Below are positions 17,712-27,129 of a stretch of 64,000 nucleotides of DNA, in pieces. The stretch is taken from the NCBI GenBank assembly GCA_902551855.1, contig CACDER010000001.1, forward strand, positions 5,531-69,530. Reading direction: 5' to 3'. This stretch comes from an uncultured Cryomorphaceae bacterium (GTDB lineage Bacteria; Bacteroidota; Bacteroidia; Flavobacteriales; UBA7430). The notes below the pieces were generated by a model, which ran no database searches, was not told where the DNA came from, and worked only from the letters and a program-made list of their open reading frames with translations. The position numbers and the translations under genes are program-made. How positions within the stretch are numbered: the first letter of the stretch is position 1; each line of letters begins with the position of its first letter.

Positions 17712-19268
17712 ATGGAAAAAGTAAAAATACTTTGGATAGATGATGAAATCAAATTGTTAAAACCTCATATTTTATTTTTAGAAAGTAAGGGATACAAAAT
17801 TTTTACTATTAATAATGGGAATGATGCGATAGATTTTATTAAAAAAACAAAAACAGATATTATTTTCCTAGACGAAAATATGCCAGGATTATCAGGTCTA
17901 GACACTTTATCAATTATTTCTAAAATCACTAGCACTCCAGTAATAATGATAACAAAAAGTGAAGAAGAGCATATAATGGAGGAAGCAATTGGTTCCAAAA
18001 TATCTGATTATTTAATCAAACCTTTAAATCCTTACCAAATCCTTTTGTCACTCAAAAAAAATCTAGAAATTAAAAGATTAGTTAATAATAAAGTTATTTC
18101 AGATTATCAAAAAGAGTTTCAAAAGATATCATCATTGATTTCTGGAGCTAATGTATTCAGTGATTGGGTAGAGATTTACAAGAAAATTACTTTTTGGGAA
18201 TTGGAATTAGATAAAATTTCTTCTGATGATATGAATGAAATAATTGAAATGCAAAAAAATGAAGCTAATAATTTATTTTTTAAATTTATAAGATCGAATT
18301 ATCAAAAATTATTAAATGAAAAATTTATTAAAGATGATATTTGTTTTTCTCAAAATCTCCTAAAAGAGAAAGTTTTTCCTTTTTTATCTGAAACTTCAAA
18401 TAACTTTTGTATTCTAATTGATAACTTAAGATTTGATCAATGGAAAGTGCTTCAACCTTATTTTGAGGAGTTTTTTAATATTGAAAATGAATCAATTTTT
18501 TCCAGTATTCTTCCTACTGCGACCCAATATTCAAGAAACTCCATTTTTTCTGGTTTACTTCCAGTTGAAATAAAAAAAATATTTGCTAATTATTGGAAAG
18601 GTGAAAATGAAACAGGTGGAAAAAATTTATTTGAAGAAGAATTCCTAAAAAATTTAATACTCAAATCTGATGTCAAAAATAAAAAATTTAATTATTTTAA
18701 AATTCTAAATAGCAATGAAGGATGGAAATTGAATGAAAAGTTTAACTCAATCAAAAATATTGATATTAACTTTATTGTCTACAATTTTGTTGATATGTTA
18801 TCACATGCCAAAACTGGAATTAATATGATCAAAGAATTAACTCCAAATGATAAATCCTACCGACACTTGACTAAAACCTGGTTTCAAAATTCTTCTTTAT
18901 ACAAAATGTTGGGTTTAATATCAGAATCTAAATCAAAATTATTTTTGTTTACTGACCATGGGACAATTAATGTCAAGTATCCTTCAAAGTTAATAGGAGA
19001 TAAAAATACTTCGACAAATTTAAGATATAAGACTGGTAGAAAATTAAAGTTTAATTTCAAAGATGTTATGGAAATTGATAATCCAAATCAAATAGGATTA
19101 AACTTAGAAAGCTTAAGTAGTAATTTTATTTTTGCTAAACCAAATATTTATTTTACATACCCAAATAACTATAATAAGTTTGTTAATTATTTTAAAGATA
19201 CATATCAACATGGTGGTATTTCAATGGAAGAAATGTTGTGTCCAATAATTAGATTATCTCCTAAATAG
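17712..19268 (+). CDS. porX: PorX-type response regulator (receiver plus PglZ/alkaline-phosphatase-like domain)
   Basis: 518 aa. The receiver has the acidic pocket WIDDE, the phospho-Asp context IIFLDENMPGLSG, and ITKS / LIKP. The PglZ-like domain has LIDNLRFDQW and FTDHGT. Architecture and length match PorX of T9SS-bearing Bacteroidota. Confidence 0.8.
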   Translation: MEKVKILWIDDEIKLLKPHILFLESKGYKIFTINNGNDAIDFIKKTKTDIIFLDENMPGLSGLDTLSIISKITSTPVIMITKSEEEHIMEEAIGSKISDYLIKPLNPYQILLSLKKNLEIKRLVNNKVISDYQKEFQKISSLISGANVFSDWVEIYKKITFWELELDKISSDDMNEIIEMQKNEANNLFFKFIRSNYQKLLNEKFIKDDICFSQNLLKEKVFPFLSETSNNFCILIDNLRFDQWKVLQPYFEEFFNIENESIFSSILPTATQYSRNSIFSGLLPVEIKKIFANYWKGENETGGKNLFEEEFLKNLILKSDVKNKKFNYFKILNSNEGWKLNEKFNSIKNIDINFIVYNFVDMLSHAKTGINMIKELTPNDKSYRHLTKTWFQNSSLYKMLGLISESKSKLFLFTDHGTINVKYPSKLIGDKNTSTNLRYKTGRKLKFNFKDVMEIDNPNQIGLNLESLSSNFIFAKPNIYFTYPNNYNKFVNYFKDTYQHGGISMEEMLCPIIRLSPK

Positions 19269-19269
19269 T

Positions 19270-19689
19270 ATGAAATACATTACAAATTCTGAAAAAGATT
19301 TAGATAATTTAGTAAAATATATTTTTAGGAAATTCTCAATAAAAATATTCATGATTTACGGTGATGTCGGCGCAGGTAAAACAACCCTGGTTAAAAATTT
19401 ATGTAAATTTCTTGGATTTCACGATAATGTATTTAGTCCGTCATTTTCCTTAGTTAACGAATATATATTACCTAATAGTATTAAAATTTTTCATTTTGAT
19501 TTTTACAGAATTAATTATGAAATTGAAGCTTTAGATATTGGTTACGAGGAATATTTATATTCAAACAATTATTGTTTCGTTGAATGGCCAGATAGGATTC
19601 CGAATTTACTACCTTTAAATTATTTAAAAATTGATATTATTGTCAAAGAAAACAAGAGAAATTATTTAATAGAATTAATACAGCTATGA
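19270..19689 (+). CDS. tsaE: tRNA t6A37 biosynthesis ATPase TsaE
   Basis: 139 aa with the P-loop GDVGAGKTT, then SPSFSLVNEY, HFDFYR and VEWP motifs. Confidence 0.85.
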   Translation: MKYITNSEKDLDNLVKYIFRKFSIKIFMIYGDVGAGKTTLVKNLCKFLGFHDNVFSPSFSLVNEYILPNSIKIFHFDFYRINYEIEALDIGYEEYLYSNNYCFVEWPDRIPNLLPLNYLKIDIIVKENKRNYLIELIQL

Positions 19690-20894
19690 AATCTAACATA
19701 CTAAATTTTTTACATGATGATTTAATTCTTCCTCAACCTGAAGTTTTGGAATTATCAAATAAAAATAAATCTTTATTTATTGGAATTCCAAGAGAAATCG
19801 CTCTTCAAGAAAAAAGAGTTCCATTAGTACCTGAAACCGTTGGTCTTCTTGTAAATAATGGTCATAAAATATACATAGAGTCTAAAGCAGGAGAACAAAG
19901 TTCTTTCTCAGATATTGAGTATAGTGAAGCAGGTGCAAAAGTTTGTAAAAATGTCAATGAAATTTATGAAGCAGATATCATTCTTAAAGTTGCCCCACCA
20001 ACAATTAATGAATTAGATTTATTAAAAAAAGGACAATGCTTAATTTCTGCATTACAATTAAATACTCAAAAAAAAGAATATTTTAAAAAACTTATTGATA
20101 AGAAAGTAACTGCTGTTGGTTTTGAATATATAAGAGATAAAATTAATTCTTATCCTATTGTTAAATCAATGAGTGAAATTGCTGGAACTTCTTCTATTTT
20201 GATTGCTGCTGAATTACTAACTTCTACTTCTGGTGGAAGAGGAGTTTTGATGGGAGGAATAGCTGGTGTTAATCCAGTACAGATAGTTATAATTGGATCA
20301 GGAACAGTTGCTGAATACGCAGCAAGGTCAGGAGTTTCACTTGGCGCGTCTGTTAAAGTTTTTGGTAATTCTATCTCAAGATTAAGAAGAATTCAAAATG
20401 ATTTAAGTCTATCTGTATCTACGTCTATTATGCAGCCTAAAGTTCTTGAAAAATTTATCAAAAGAGCTGATGTAGTAATTGGGGCTTTAAGGTCAAAATT
20501 TGGAAGAACACCATGTATTATATCAGAGGAAATGGTAAAAAAAATGAAACCAAGGTCAGTTATTGTTGACGTCAGTATTGATCAAGGAGGATGTTTTGAA
20601 ACTTCAAAATTAACTTCTCACGAATCACCAACTTTTATTAAACATGATGTAGTCCACTATTGTGTACCAAATATTGCATCTAGAAGTTCTAAAACTGCGT
20701 CTTTTTCTTTGAGTAATATTCTAGCACCATTATTATTAAAAGTTGGTGAAGGAGGAGGGGTTAAAGGAATTTTGTTAAGAAATCAAAATATAAGATTTGG
20801 AGTTTATGTATATAATGGTACTCTAACGAGTAAAGGAATTTCTTCTTGGTTTGATTTGCCGTCTAAAGATATTAATTTGTTATTAGGTTTATAA
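19686..20894 (+). CDS. ald: alanine dehydrogenase family protein (AlaDH/PNT N- and C-domains)
   Basis: 402 aa. IGIPREIALQEKRVPLVPE...KAGEQSSFSDIEYSEAGAKV forms the AlaDH/PNT N-domain. Rossmann loop is IIGSGTVAEYAA. Substrate specificity is not provable from sequence alone. Confidence 0.7.
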   Translation: MKSNILNFLHDDLILPQPEVLELSNKNKSLFIGIPREIALQEKRVPLVPETVGLLVNNGHKIYIESKAGEQSSFSDIEYSEAGAKVCKNVNEIYEADIILKVAPPTINELDLLKKGQCLISALQLNTQKKEYFKKLIDKKVTAVGFEYIRDKINSYPIVKSMSEIAGTSSILIAAELLTSTSGGRGVLMGGIAGVNPVQIVIIGSGTVAEYAARSGVSLGASVKVFGNSISRLRRIQNDLSLSVSTSIMQPKVLEKFIKRADVVIGALRSKFGRTPCIISEEMVKKMKPRSVIVDVSIDQGGCFETSKLTSHESPTFIKHDVVHYCVPNIASRSSKTASFSLSNILAPLLLKVGEGGGVKGILLRNQNIRFGVYVYNGTLTSKGISSWFDLPSKDINLLLGL

Positions 20895-20903
20895 TTTTAA
20901 ATT

Positions 20904-21272
20904 TTGTTTAGAAGACTATTATTTTATTGTTTTGGGATTTGTTTTGGAATTTTAATAACATTTTTTCTATTCCATGACAGAAAATTAGACTTTGCATATT
21001 TTCCAAATGCCAGAACATTGAAATATTTAAGAAATCAAAAATTATTATTTTCAAATACATCATTACGTCAACTTGACTGTATGAATAAAGATACATTAGA
21101 GTTTAAAAATTTTTTTATAAATGATAAGTTGAAAATTAATTTTAGTTTGAGTAAGTATGGTGATAATAAAAAAGTTTATCAAATAAGTTCAAAAAGTTAT
21201 CCTGATTTTTTAATTCAAGATACTATCAATGGTATAAAACTTATAAGAATTAAAATTGATTATTGTGAATAG
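20904..21272 (+). CDS. small membrane-anchored hypothetical protein (DUF4258-like, from recalled pattern only)
   Basis: 122 aa with a TTG start. One N-terminal TM helix (LLFYCFGICFGILITFFLF) and a soluble domain of about 95 aa (AYFPNARTLKYLRNQKL...). Confidence 0.4.
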   Translation: MFRRLLFYCFGICFGILITFFLFHDRKLDFAYFPNARTLKYLRNQKLLFSNTSLRQLDCMNKDTLEFKNFFINDKLKINFSLSKYGDNKKVYQISSKSYPDFLIQDTINGIKLIRIKIDYCE

Positions 21273-22429
21273 TATTTTCTTCTTTTGAGTTCTCTTTTAA
21301 TTAATTTAATCTCTCTTCCTAATTGTCCTTTTACTGATGAGTTTTCCTCGATTCTTCTAGTTAAATATGGGAGAACTTCATTTACAGGGCCATATGGAAC
21401 ATATTTAACAACATTATAATTTAATTTTGATAAGTTAAACGAAATGTTGTCACTCATACCAAGTAATTGAGAAAAATAAATTTTTGAGTTATTTTTTTTT
21501 ATATTCAATTTTTCCATTGATAGCATTAAAATTTTAGTACTAGTTTCGTTATGAGAACCAAGACACAAAGAGAAAAACGAAATATTTTCACAAATAAATT
21601 TAATTGCCTGATTAAAATCGTTATCACAATTAATTTTAGTTAGGTGGATGGGAGATTTATAATTATGTTTAATTGCTCTATCATTTTCTTTTTCAAGATA
21701 AGCTCCTCTTACTAGTTTTATACCTATCTGAATATCATTTTTTTTACAAATTTTTAAAAGATATTTGAGGTAATGAATTCGATCATGTCTATACATTTGA
21801 ATAGTTGTAAATATAATAGTATTAATGTCATTATACTTTAATATCATTTTTTCTATTATTGAATCAATTTCATTTTGGTACCATGATTCTTCTGCATCAA
21901 TCATGACAGGAACTTTTAATAACTTTGCATCAATTAGAATTTTGTTAAGAATATTTAGAGAATAATCAAAGTCATTTTTTTCATAGTTATTTAATTCTAA
22001 TTTAGAACTCTTTTTTTTTAATATATTTTTATTAAAAATACTGGTTAACTTCAAAACAACAAAAGGAATATTTTTATTTTCACTTGATAACTTTATATTT
22101 TTAAGTGTTTCATTTAAAGTCAATTTAAAATCTTTTTTATTTGATTTTCCTTCTATAGAGTAGTCAAGTATAGTCTTAATATTAAATTTTGATAGGACTT
22201 TAATTTTTTTTTGACATTCCTTAGCTGATTCTCCACCACAAAATTGATCAAATATTGTAATTTTTATTAACCATCCAATAGGAATTTTTAATAAAAATGC
22301 TAATTGAATAAAAAATAATCCTATTTTAGTTAATCTATGATAGCTAATTAGAAGAAATAAAAAATAGGCTTTCTTTAATTTAAAATTATTTAAATGTCTA
22401 AAGGCTATCTCAGTATTTTTGAATTCCAT
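21260..22429 (-). CDS. proline dehydrogenase family protein
   Basis: 389 aa. Motifs QFCGGES, TILDYSIEG, IDAEESWYQ, TIQMYRHDR, KLVRGAYLEKE, LGSHNE, QLLGMSD and YVPYGP...LPYLTRRIEENSS match the monofunctional PutA-type proline dehydrogenase of Flavobacteriia. Confidence 0.85.
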   Translation of the reverse strand: MEFKNTEIAFRHLNNFKLKKAYFLFLLISYHRLTKIGLFFIQLAFLLKIPIGWLIKITIFDQFCGGESAKECQKKIKVLSKFNIKTILDYSIEGKSNKKDFKLTLNETLKNIKLSSENKNIPFVVLKLTSIFNKNILKKKSSKLELNNYEKNDFDYSLNILNKILIDAKLLKVPVMIDAEESWYQNEIDSIIEKMILKYNDINTIIFTTIQMYRHDRIHYLKYLLKICKKNDIQIGIKLVRGAYLEKENDRAIKHNYKSPIHLTKINCDNDFNQAIKFICENISFFSLCLGSHNETSTKILMLSMEKLNIKKNNSKIYFSQLLGMSDNISFNLSKLNYNVVKYVPYGPVNEVLPYLTRRIEENSSVKGQLGREIKLIKRELKRRKYYSQ

Positions 22430-22457
22430 ATGTTAAAATTATATTAAAATTTTAAGA

Positions 22458-23534
22458 ATGAAAAATTATAAATTAAAAACAAAAAAATATATGATAAATG
22501 TAGGTAATGGAAATATTTTAGAATTCAATAATTTTATAGAAAAATGTATTTTTAATAAAACAAATATAATAATCTTATGTGATAATATAACTCATGAAAA
22601 ATGTTTGCCATATATCTTAAATCTAAATCCCCTTTTAAAAAAATATCCCGTCATCACAATACAAAGCGGAGAAAATAGTAAAACTCTGCAATCATGTGAA
22701 TATATATTTAGTAAACTTTTAGAAATGAATATTGATAAAAATTCAATATTAATTAATTTAGGAGGAGGAATGATTTGTGATATTGGAGGTCTAGTTGCAT
22801 CATTGTACAGAAGAGGAATAAACTTTATAAATATTCCTACATCATTTTTGTCTATGGTTGATTCGTCATTAGGAGGAAAACTAGGAGTAAATTTAAATAA
22901 TTTCAAAAATCAAATAGGCTTATTTAATTTACCTAAAATTGTTTTTATAGATATCCATTTTTTAAAAACTTTAGGTAAAAGACAATTTAAAAATGGTATG
23001 ATAGAAATTTTCAAACATGGATTAATATTTGATGTAATTCTTTGGAGAAAGTTATTAGATTTTAAATTTAAAAATGAAAATTTTATTCTGGATATAATTA
23101 AAAAATCGATTTCTATAAAAAATTCAATTATAGAAAAAGATTTCAGAGATGAAAATATCAGAAAAATTTTAAATTTTGGTCATACTGTTGGACATGCACT
23201 TGAAAGTATTGCTCTAGTTAAAAAAAAAGATTTACTTCACGGCGAAGCAATAGCAATAGGAATTCTTGTCGAAGTTTCACTATCACATCTTTATAATAAT
23301 TTAAGTAAAAAAGAAACTTTAATTATTTTTAAAACTATAAAATCTTTATTTAAAATATTTAAAATTAAAAATATTAAAGAATTATATTTTTGGATGAAAA
23401 AAGATAAAAAAAATTTTGATAAAAGAATTAATTTCACTTTAATTAGTTGTATTGGAAATGCTCAAATTGATAATTTTTTTAATTTTGATCAAATAAAAAA
23501 TGGAATTGAATACTATAATAAAAATTTGAATTGA
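22458..23534 (+). CDS. aroB: 3-dehydroquinate synthase
   Basis: 358 aa with GGGMICDIGGLVAS, PTSFLSMVDSSLGGK, NFGHTVGHALE and HGEAIAIG motifs. Confidence 0.85.
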   Translation: MKNYKLKTKKYMINVGNGNILEFNNFIEKCIFNKTNIIILCDNITHEKCLPYILNLNPLLKKYPVITIQSGENSKTLQSCEYIFSKLLEMNIDKNSILINLGGGMICDIGGLVASLYRRGINFINIPTSFLSMVDSSLGGKLGVNLNNFKNQIGLFNLPKIVFIDIHFLKTLGKRQFKNGMIEIFKHGLIFDVILWRKLLDFKFKNENFILDIIKKSISIKNSIIEKDFRDENIRKILNFGHTVGHALESIALVKKKDLLHGEAIAIGILVEVSLSHLYNNLSKKETLIIFKTIKSLFKIFKIKNIKELYFWMKKDKKNFDKRINFTLISCIGNAQIDNFFNFDQIKNGIEYYNKNLN

Positions 23535-24766
23535 ATTATAAAATAACATCTATATCTAAAAAATTATTTGCTGAAATTTCAATTGACTCATCAAAAAGTA
23601 TCTCAAATAGAATAATTATAACAAGGGCATTAGAAAAAAAAAAATTAAATTTTAAAGGAATTTCAAGTTCAAGTGATACTAAAATTTTAATTGAATCAAT
23701 AAATAATAAGTCTAAAATAATAAACCTCAATAATGCAGGAGGTCCTATGAGATTTTTAACTGCATTTTTTTCATTATGTGGAGCTAAAAAGATTTTAACA
23801 GGTAACCATATAATGAAAAAAAGACCAATTAAAGATTTAGTTAAAAGTATAAATTATATAGGGGGAAATATAAGTTATATTGAAAAATACGGATTTCCTC
23901 CAATCTACATTGATGGTGGTAATTTAGTGGGAGGTAATATTAATATTGATGGGAATATTTCTAGTCAATTTATTTCTGCTATCCTATTAATAGCTCCATA
24001 TACCCCAAAAGGAATTATATTAAATATTAAAAATCATTTAGTTTCTAAATCATATGTAGAAATGACTATTAATATGATGAAAAGTGACGGTATAGACATT
24101 ATCAAAAAAAATAAAATTATTGATATTAAACCAGGGAGATATTTGAGTAAACTTAAAAAAATAGAACCTGATTGGTCTTCTATTTCTTATTTATATGAAA
24201 TTGCAGCATTAAGCGAATCTTGTGAAATACAAATTTTAAACATAAGTTCTATTTCAATTCAAGGAGATATAATTATCAAAGATATTTTTAAAAATTTTGG
24301 AGTAAAAACTATTTTCTCAAAAGGAAAGAATATGAAAATTTTTAAATTAAAAAATTATATAAAACCAAGCTTTTTTAAGTTTAATTGTAGAAGATTCCCT
24401 GATATTGCTTTAACAATAATTACTACTTGTTTTGGTTTATCAATTGATTGTAAAATTAATGGATTAGAGACATTGATTTATAAAGAATCAAATCGGTTAT
24501 TGGCTATTAAAAATGAATTGCAAAAATGTGGTGCACAAATAAATATCATAAATCAATCTGAGATTGAACTTAAGTGCAAAAAATTAGACCTTAAAAAAAA
24601 TGTTAATTTTAAGTCTTATGATGATCATAGAATAATAATGAGTCTTGCACCCCTTGCCTTACGTTTTAAATCAGTATCTATAAATAATATTGAAAATACA
24701 GAGAAATCATATCCAAATTTTTGGACTGATTTAAAAAAATTATCTTTTAATTTAAAAAAAATATAA
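23531..24766 (+). CDS. aroA: 3-phosphoshikimate 1-carboxyvinyltransferase (EPSP synthase)
   Basis: 411 aa. TTG start overlaps the aroB TGA (TTGA). Motifs SKSISNR, NAGGPMRFLTA, SSQFISAILL, KESNR and DHRIIMSLAPLAL. Confidence 0.85.
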   Translation: MNYKITSISKKLFAEISIDSSKSISNRIIITRALEKKKLNFKGISSSSDTKILIESINNKSKIINLNNAGGPMRFLTAFFSLCGAKKILTGNHIMKKRPIKDLVKSINYIGGNISYIEKYGFPPIYIDGGNLVGGNINIDGNISSQFISAILLIAPYTPKGIILNIKNHLVSKSYVEMTINMMKSDGIDIIKKNKIIDIKPGRYLSKLKKIEPDWSSISYLYEIAALSESCEIQILNISSISIQGDIIIKDIFKNFGVKTIFSKGKNMKIFKLKNYIKPSFFKFNCRRFPDIALTIITTCFGLSIDCKINGLETLIYKESNRLLAIKNELQKCGAQINIINQSEIELKCKKLDLKKNVNFKSYDDHRIIMSLAPLALRFKSVSINNIENTEKSYPNFWTDLKKLSFNLKKI

Positions 24767-24772
24767 CTTAAT

Positions 24773-25330
24773 ATGAGCATTAATGAAATTTTAACAGTAA
24801 GTTTAACGCTTTTTGCAATTATCGATATTTTGGGATCTATTCCTATAATTATTTCATTGAGATCAAAAATTGGCAATATAGAGTCAGGTAAAGCTACTCT
24901 TGCATCTGGTTTAATAATGATAATCTTCTTATTTTTAGGAGAAAAAATACTTCATATAATTGGGATAGATATATCATCCTTTGCAATTGCTGGTGCGATA
25001 GTGATTTTTCTTTTAGCTATTGAAATGATTTTAAACATAGAATTATTTAAATCTGACAAGAATGATCAATCAGGTAGCATAATTCCAATTGCTTTCCCAT
25101 TGATTTCAGGATCAGGTACGTTGACAACAATTATATCTTTAAGATCAACATATTCAATCGAAATTATTTGTATAGGAATCATAATAAATTTATTTTTTGT
25201 TTATTTAGTTTTGAAATCTACAATTAAAATTGAAAAGTTTTTAGGGCAAGGAGGAATTAATGTTTTAAGAAGGGTTTTTGGGATTATTTTGATGGCAATC
25301 TCAATTAAATTAATTCAAATTCATTTATAA
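24773..25330 (+). CDS. MarC family (UPF0056) integral membrane protein
   Basis: 185 aa with 6 TM helices. The FAIIDILGSIPI and PLISGSGTLTT motifs are typical of MarC/UPF0056. Confidence 0.8.
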   Translation: MSINEILTVSLTLFAIIDILGSIPIIISLRSKIGNIESGKATLASGLIMIIFLFLGEKILHIIGIDISSFAIAGAIVIFLLAIEMILNIELFKSDKNDQSGSIIPIAFPLISGSGTLTTIISLRSTYSIEIICIGIIINLFFVYLVLKSTIKIEKFLGQGGINVLRRVFGIILMAISIKLIQIHL

Positions 25331-26458
25331 TTAAAAATTATATTGAATTCTAGTAAATACAGATTTAGTAATATTTTCTGATTTATTAAATACTTTAAGC
25401 CATATATTTTGACTAATTATCATTAAATCAATTTTATTTGATATTGAATAAGTCAATTGAGGACTCAAAAAGATAAAATTTAATTTTTGATCATGGATTA
25501 TGAAAAATCCAATTTGAGCTAAGTCAGTCACAGATTTATTAATTTGATAAGAGAAGTTATATTTAAAAGGCATTGGAGATTTTGCTGACACATTTAAATT
25601 AAATAAATTAAATGAATTAAACTCTGAATAACCAGAATTATAAAGACATCCTAAATTTAAATATAAATTATTTTTAAAAACATAATCTAGGAAAATACTT
25701 CCTACTAATAAGTTATTTTCTGTTGATAATTTTGTTTTGAAAAAAGAAAATTCTCCTTTAAACCCTAATTTAAAAATTTGTCCAGACCATCCTAATCCAA
25801 ATATGTCATCATCTGTATTATCTGCATACAAAAATTGATAATCATATTTAAAGTAATTTAATTTCAATAAAAATGCTTTTATTTTTTCATTAATTACATA
25901 TTCAAATGAATTAAAATTATTTAAATAATATTGAATTCTTATTGCATCATTTCCGGGTCTTTCTATATAATCAAAATCAAAAATATTTAGTTGATTGAAT
26001 AAATCATGAGAATTCCAGAAGTTTTGAATCCCCCAATTGATTCTTTGCTTTCCCATACATATATTTAGTTTATTTTTATCAAATTCAAAATAAATTCTAT
26101 CAATTTGGTTCAAAAGAGCAAATTTTTCTTTTGAGGAAGAAATTGTATTAGGCAAATTAATATTTTGATTTCTAAAATTAAATAAATTTTTTTCCCATTG
26201 AAAGCCTCTAATAAATCTATTTCTAATACCTATTACTGATTTAAAATAATTTCCGTAATATATTTTAGCATTATATCTAAATTGAATTTGATTATCAAAC
26301 CAATAATTTTTATTAAATGTTAAAATATTAAAGTCAGAGTTTATTAAACTGTAAGAGTTGAGATTACTTAAATAATAATCATCAGTATATTCTATTTGAG
26401 ATAAACATATTGATGGAGTTAATGATATTAATATACAAAGTCTGCTAATTTTTTTCAT
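25331..26458 (-). CDS. predicted outer-membrane beta-barrel protein, last gene of the Lol-like ABC operon
   Basis: 375 aa with a signal peptide. Rich in alternating aromatic/polar short strands (Y/F/N/G) and ends ...FTRIQYNF with a C-terminal Phe. Its start overlaps the ATPase stop by 14 nt. No family recognised. Confidence 0.5.
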   Translation of the reverse strand: MKKISRLCILISLTPSICLSQIEYTDDYYLSNLNSYSLINSDFNILTFNKNYWFDNQIQFRYNAKIYYGNYFKSVIGIRNRFIRGFQWEKNLFNFRNQNINLPNTISSSKEKFALLNQIDRIYFEFDKNKLNICMGKQRINWGIQNFWNSHDLFNQLNIFDFDYIERPGNDAIRIQYYLNNFNSFEYVINEKIKAFLLKLNYFKYDYQFLYADNTDDDIFGLGWSGQIFKLGFKGEFSFFKTKLSTENNLLVGSIFLDYVFKNNLYLNLGCLYNSGYSEFNSFNLFNLNVSAKSPMPFKYNFSYQINKSVTDLAQIGFFIIHDQKLNFIFLSPQLTYSISNKIDLMIISQNIWLKVFNKSENITKSVFTRIQYNF

Positions 26459-27128
26459 CTGAAATTATTTTCCCATCTTCAATCGTAATAATTCTTTTAG
26501 CCCTATTTATAACTCTTTGATCATGAGTTGAAAATAAGAAAGTAATATTTTGTTCTTTATTCATTTTTGCCATCAGATCTAATAATTTATTAGTAGATTT
26601 TGAATCTAAATTTGCTGTTGGTTCGTCAGCTAGAATAAATGATGGTTTAGATGCTAAAGCTCTTGCCACAGCAACTCGTTGTTGTTGTCCACCTGATAAT
26701 TGATTTGGTCTAGAATTAATTTTATTTTCTAATCCAACATACTTTAGTAATTCTATGCTTCTTTCTTTTCTTGTTAAGTGATTAATTCCTTGAAGTAACA
26801 TTATGAATTCTACATTTTCAATTGCAGTTAAAACAGGAATTAGATTATATGCTTGGAAAATAAATCCAATATTATTGAGGCGAAAATCAATTAATTCATT
26901 TTCATTCAAATTATTGAGTTTTACATTATTGATAATAACCTCACCTGATGTCAACTTATCTAGTCCTCCAATCATATTTAAAAGAGTAGTTTTTCCTGAC
27001 CCTGAAGGGCCAACAATTGCCGAAAATTCCCCCTTTTCAATATCCAAATTTATTTCATCAATTGCTTTAAAAGATAAATTACTTGAGTTGTATATTTTAA
27101 CTAAGTTTTTTGCAGAAATTATCTTCAT
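26445..27128 (-). CDS. ABC transporter ATP-binding protein, MacB/LolD type
   Basis: 227 aa. Walker A GPSGSGKTT, Q-loop FIFQAYNL, signature LSGGQQQRVAVARAL, Walker B ILADEPTANLD, H-loop STHD. Confidence 0.9.
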   Translation of the reverse strand: MKIISAKNLVKIYNSSNLSFKAIDEINLDIEKGEFSAIVGPSGSGKTTLLNMIGGLDKLTSGEVIINNVKLNNLNENELIDFRLNNIGFIFQAYNLIPVLTAIENVEFIMLLQGINHLTRKERSIELLKYVGLENKINSRPNQLSGGQQQRVAVARALASKPSFILADEPTANLDSKSTNKLLDLMAKMNKEQNITFLFSTHDQRVINRAKRIITIEDGKIISDEKN

Positions 27129-27129
27129 T

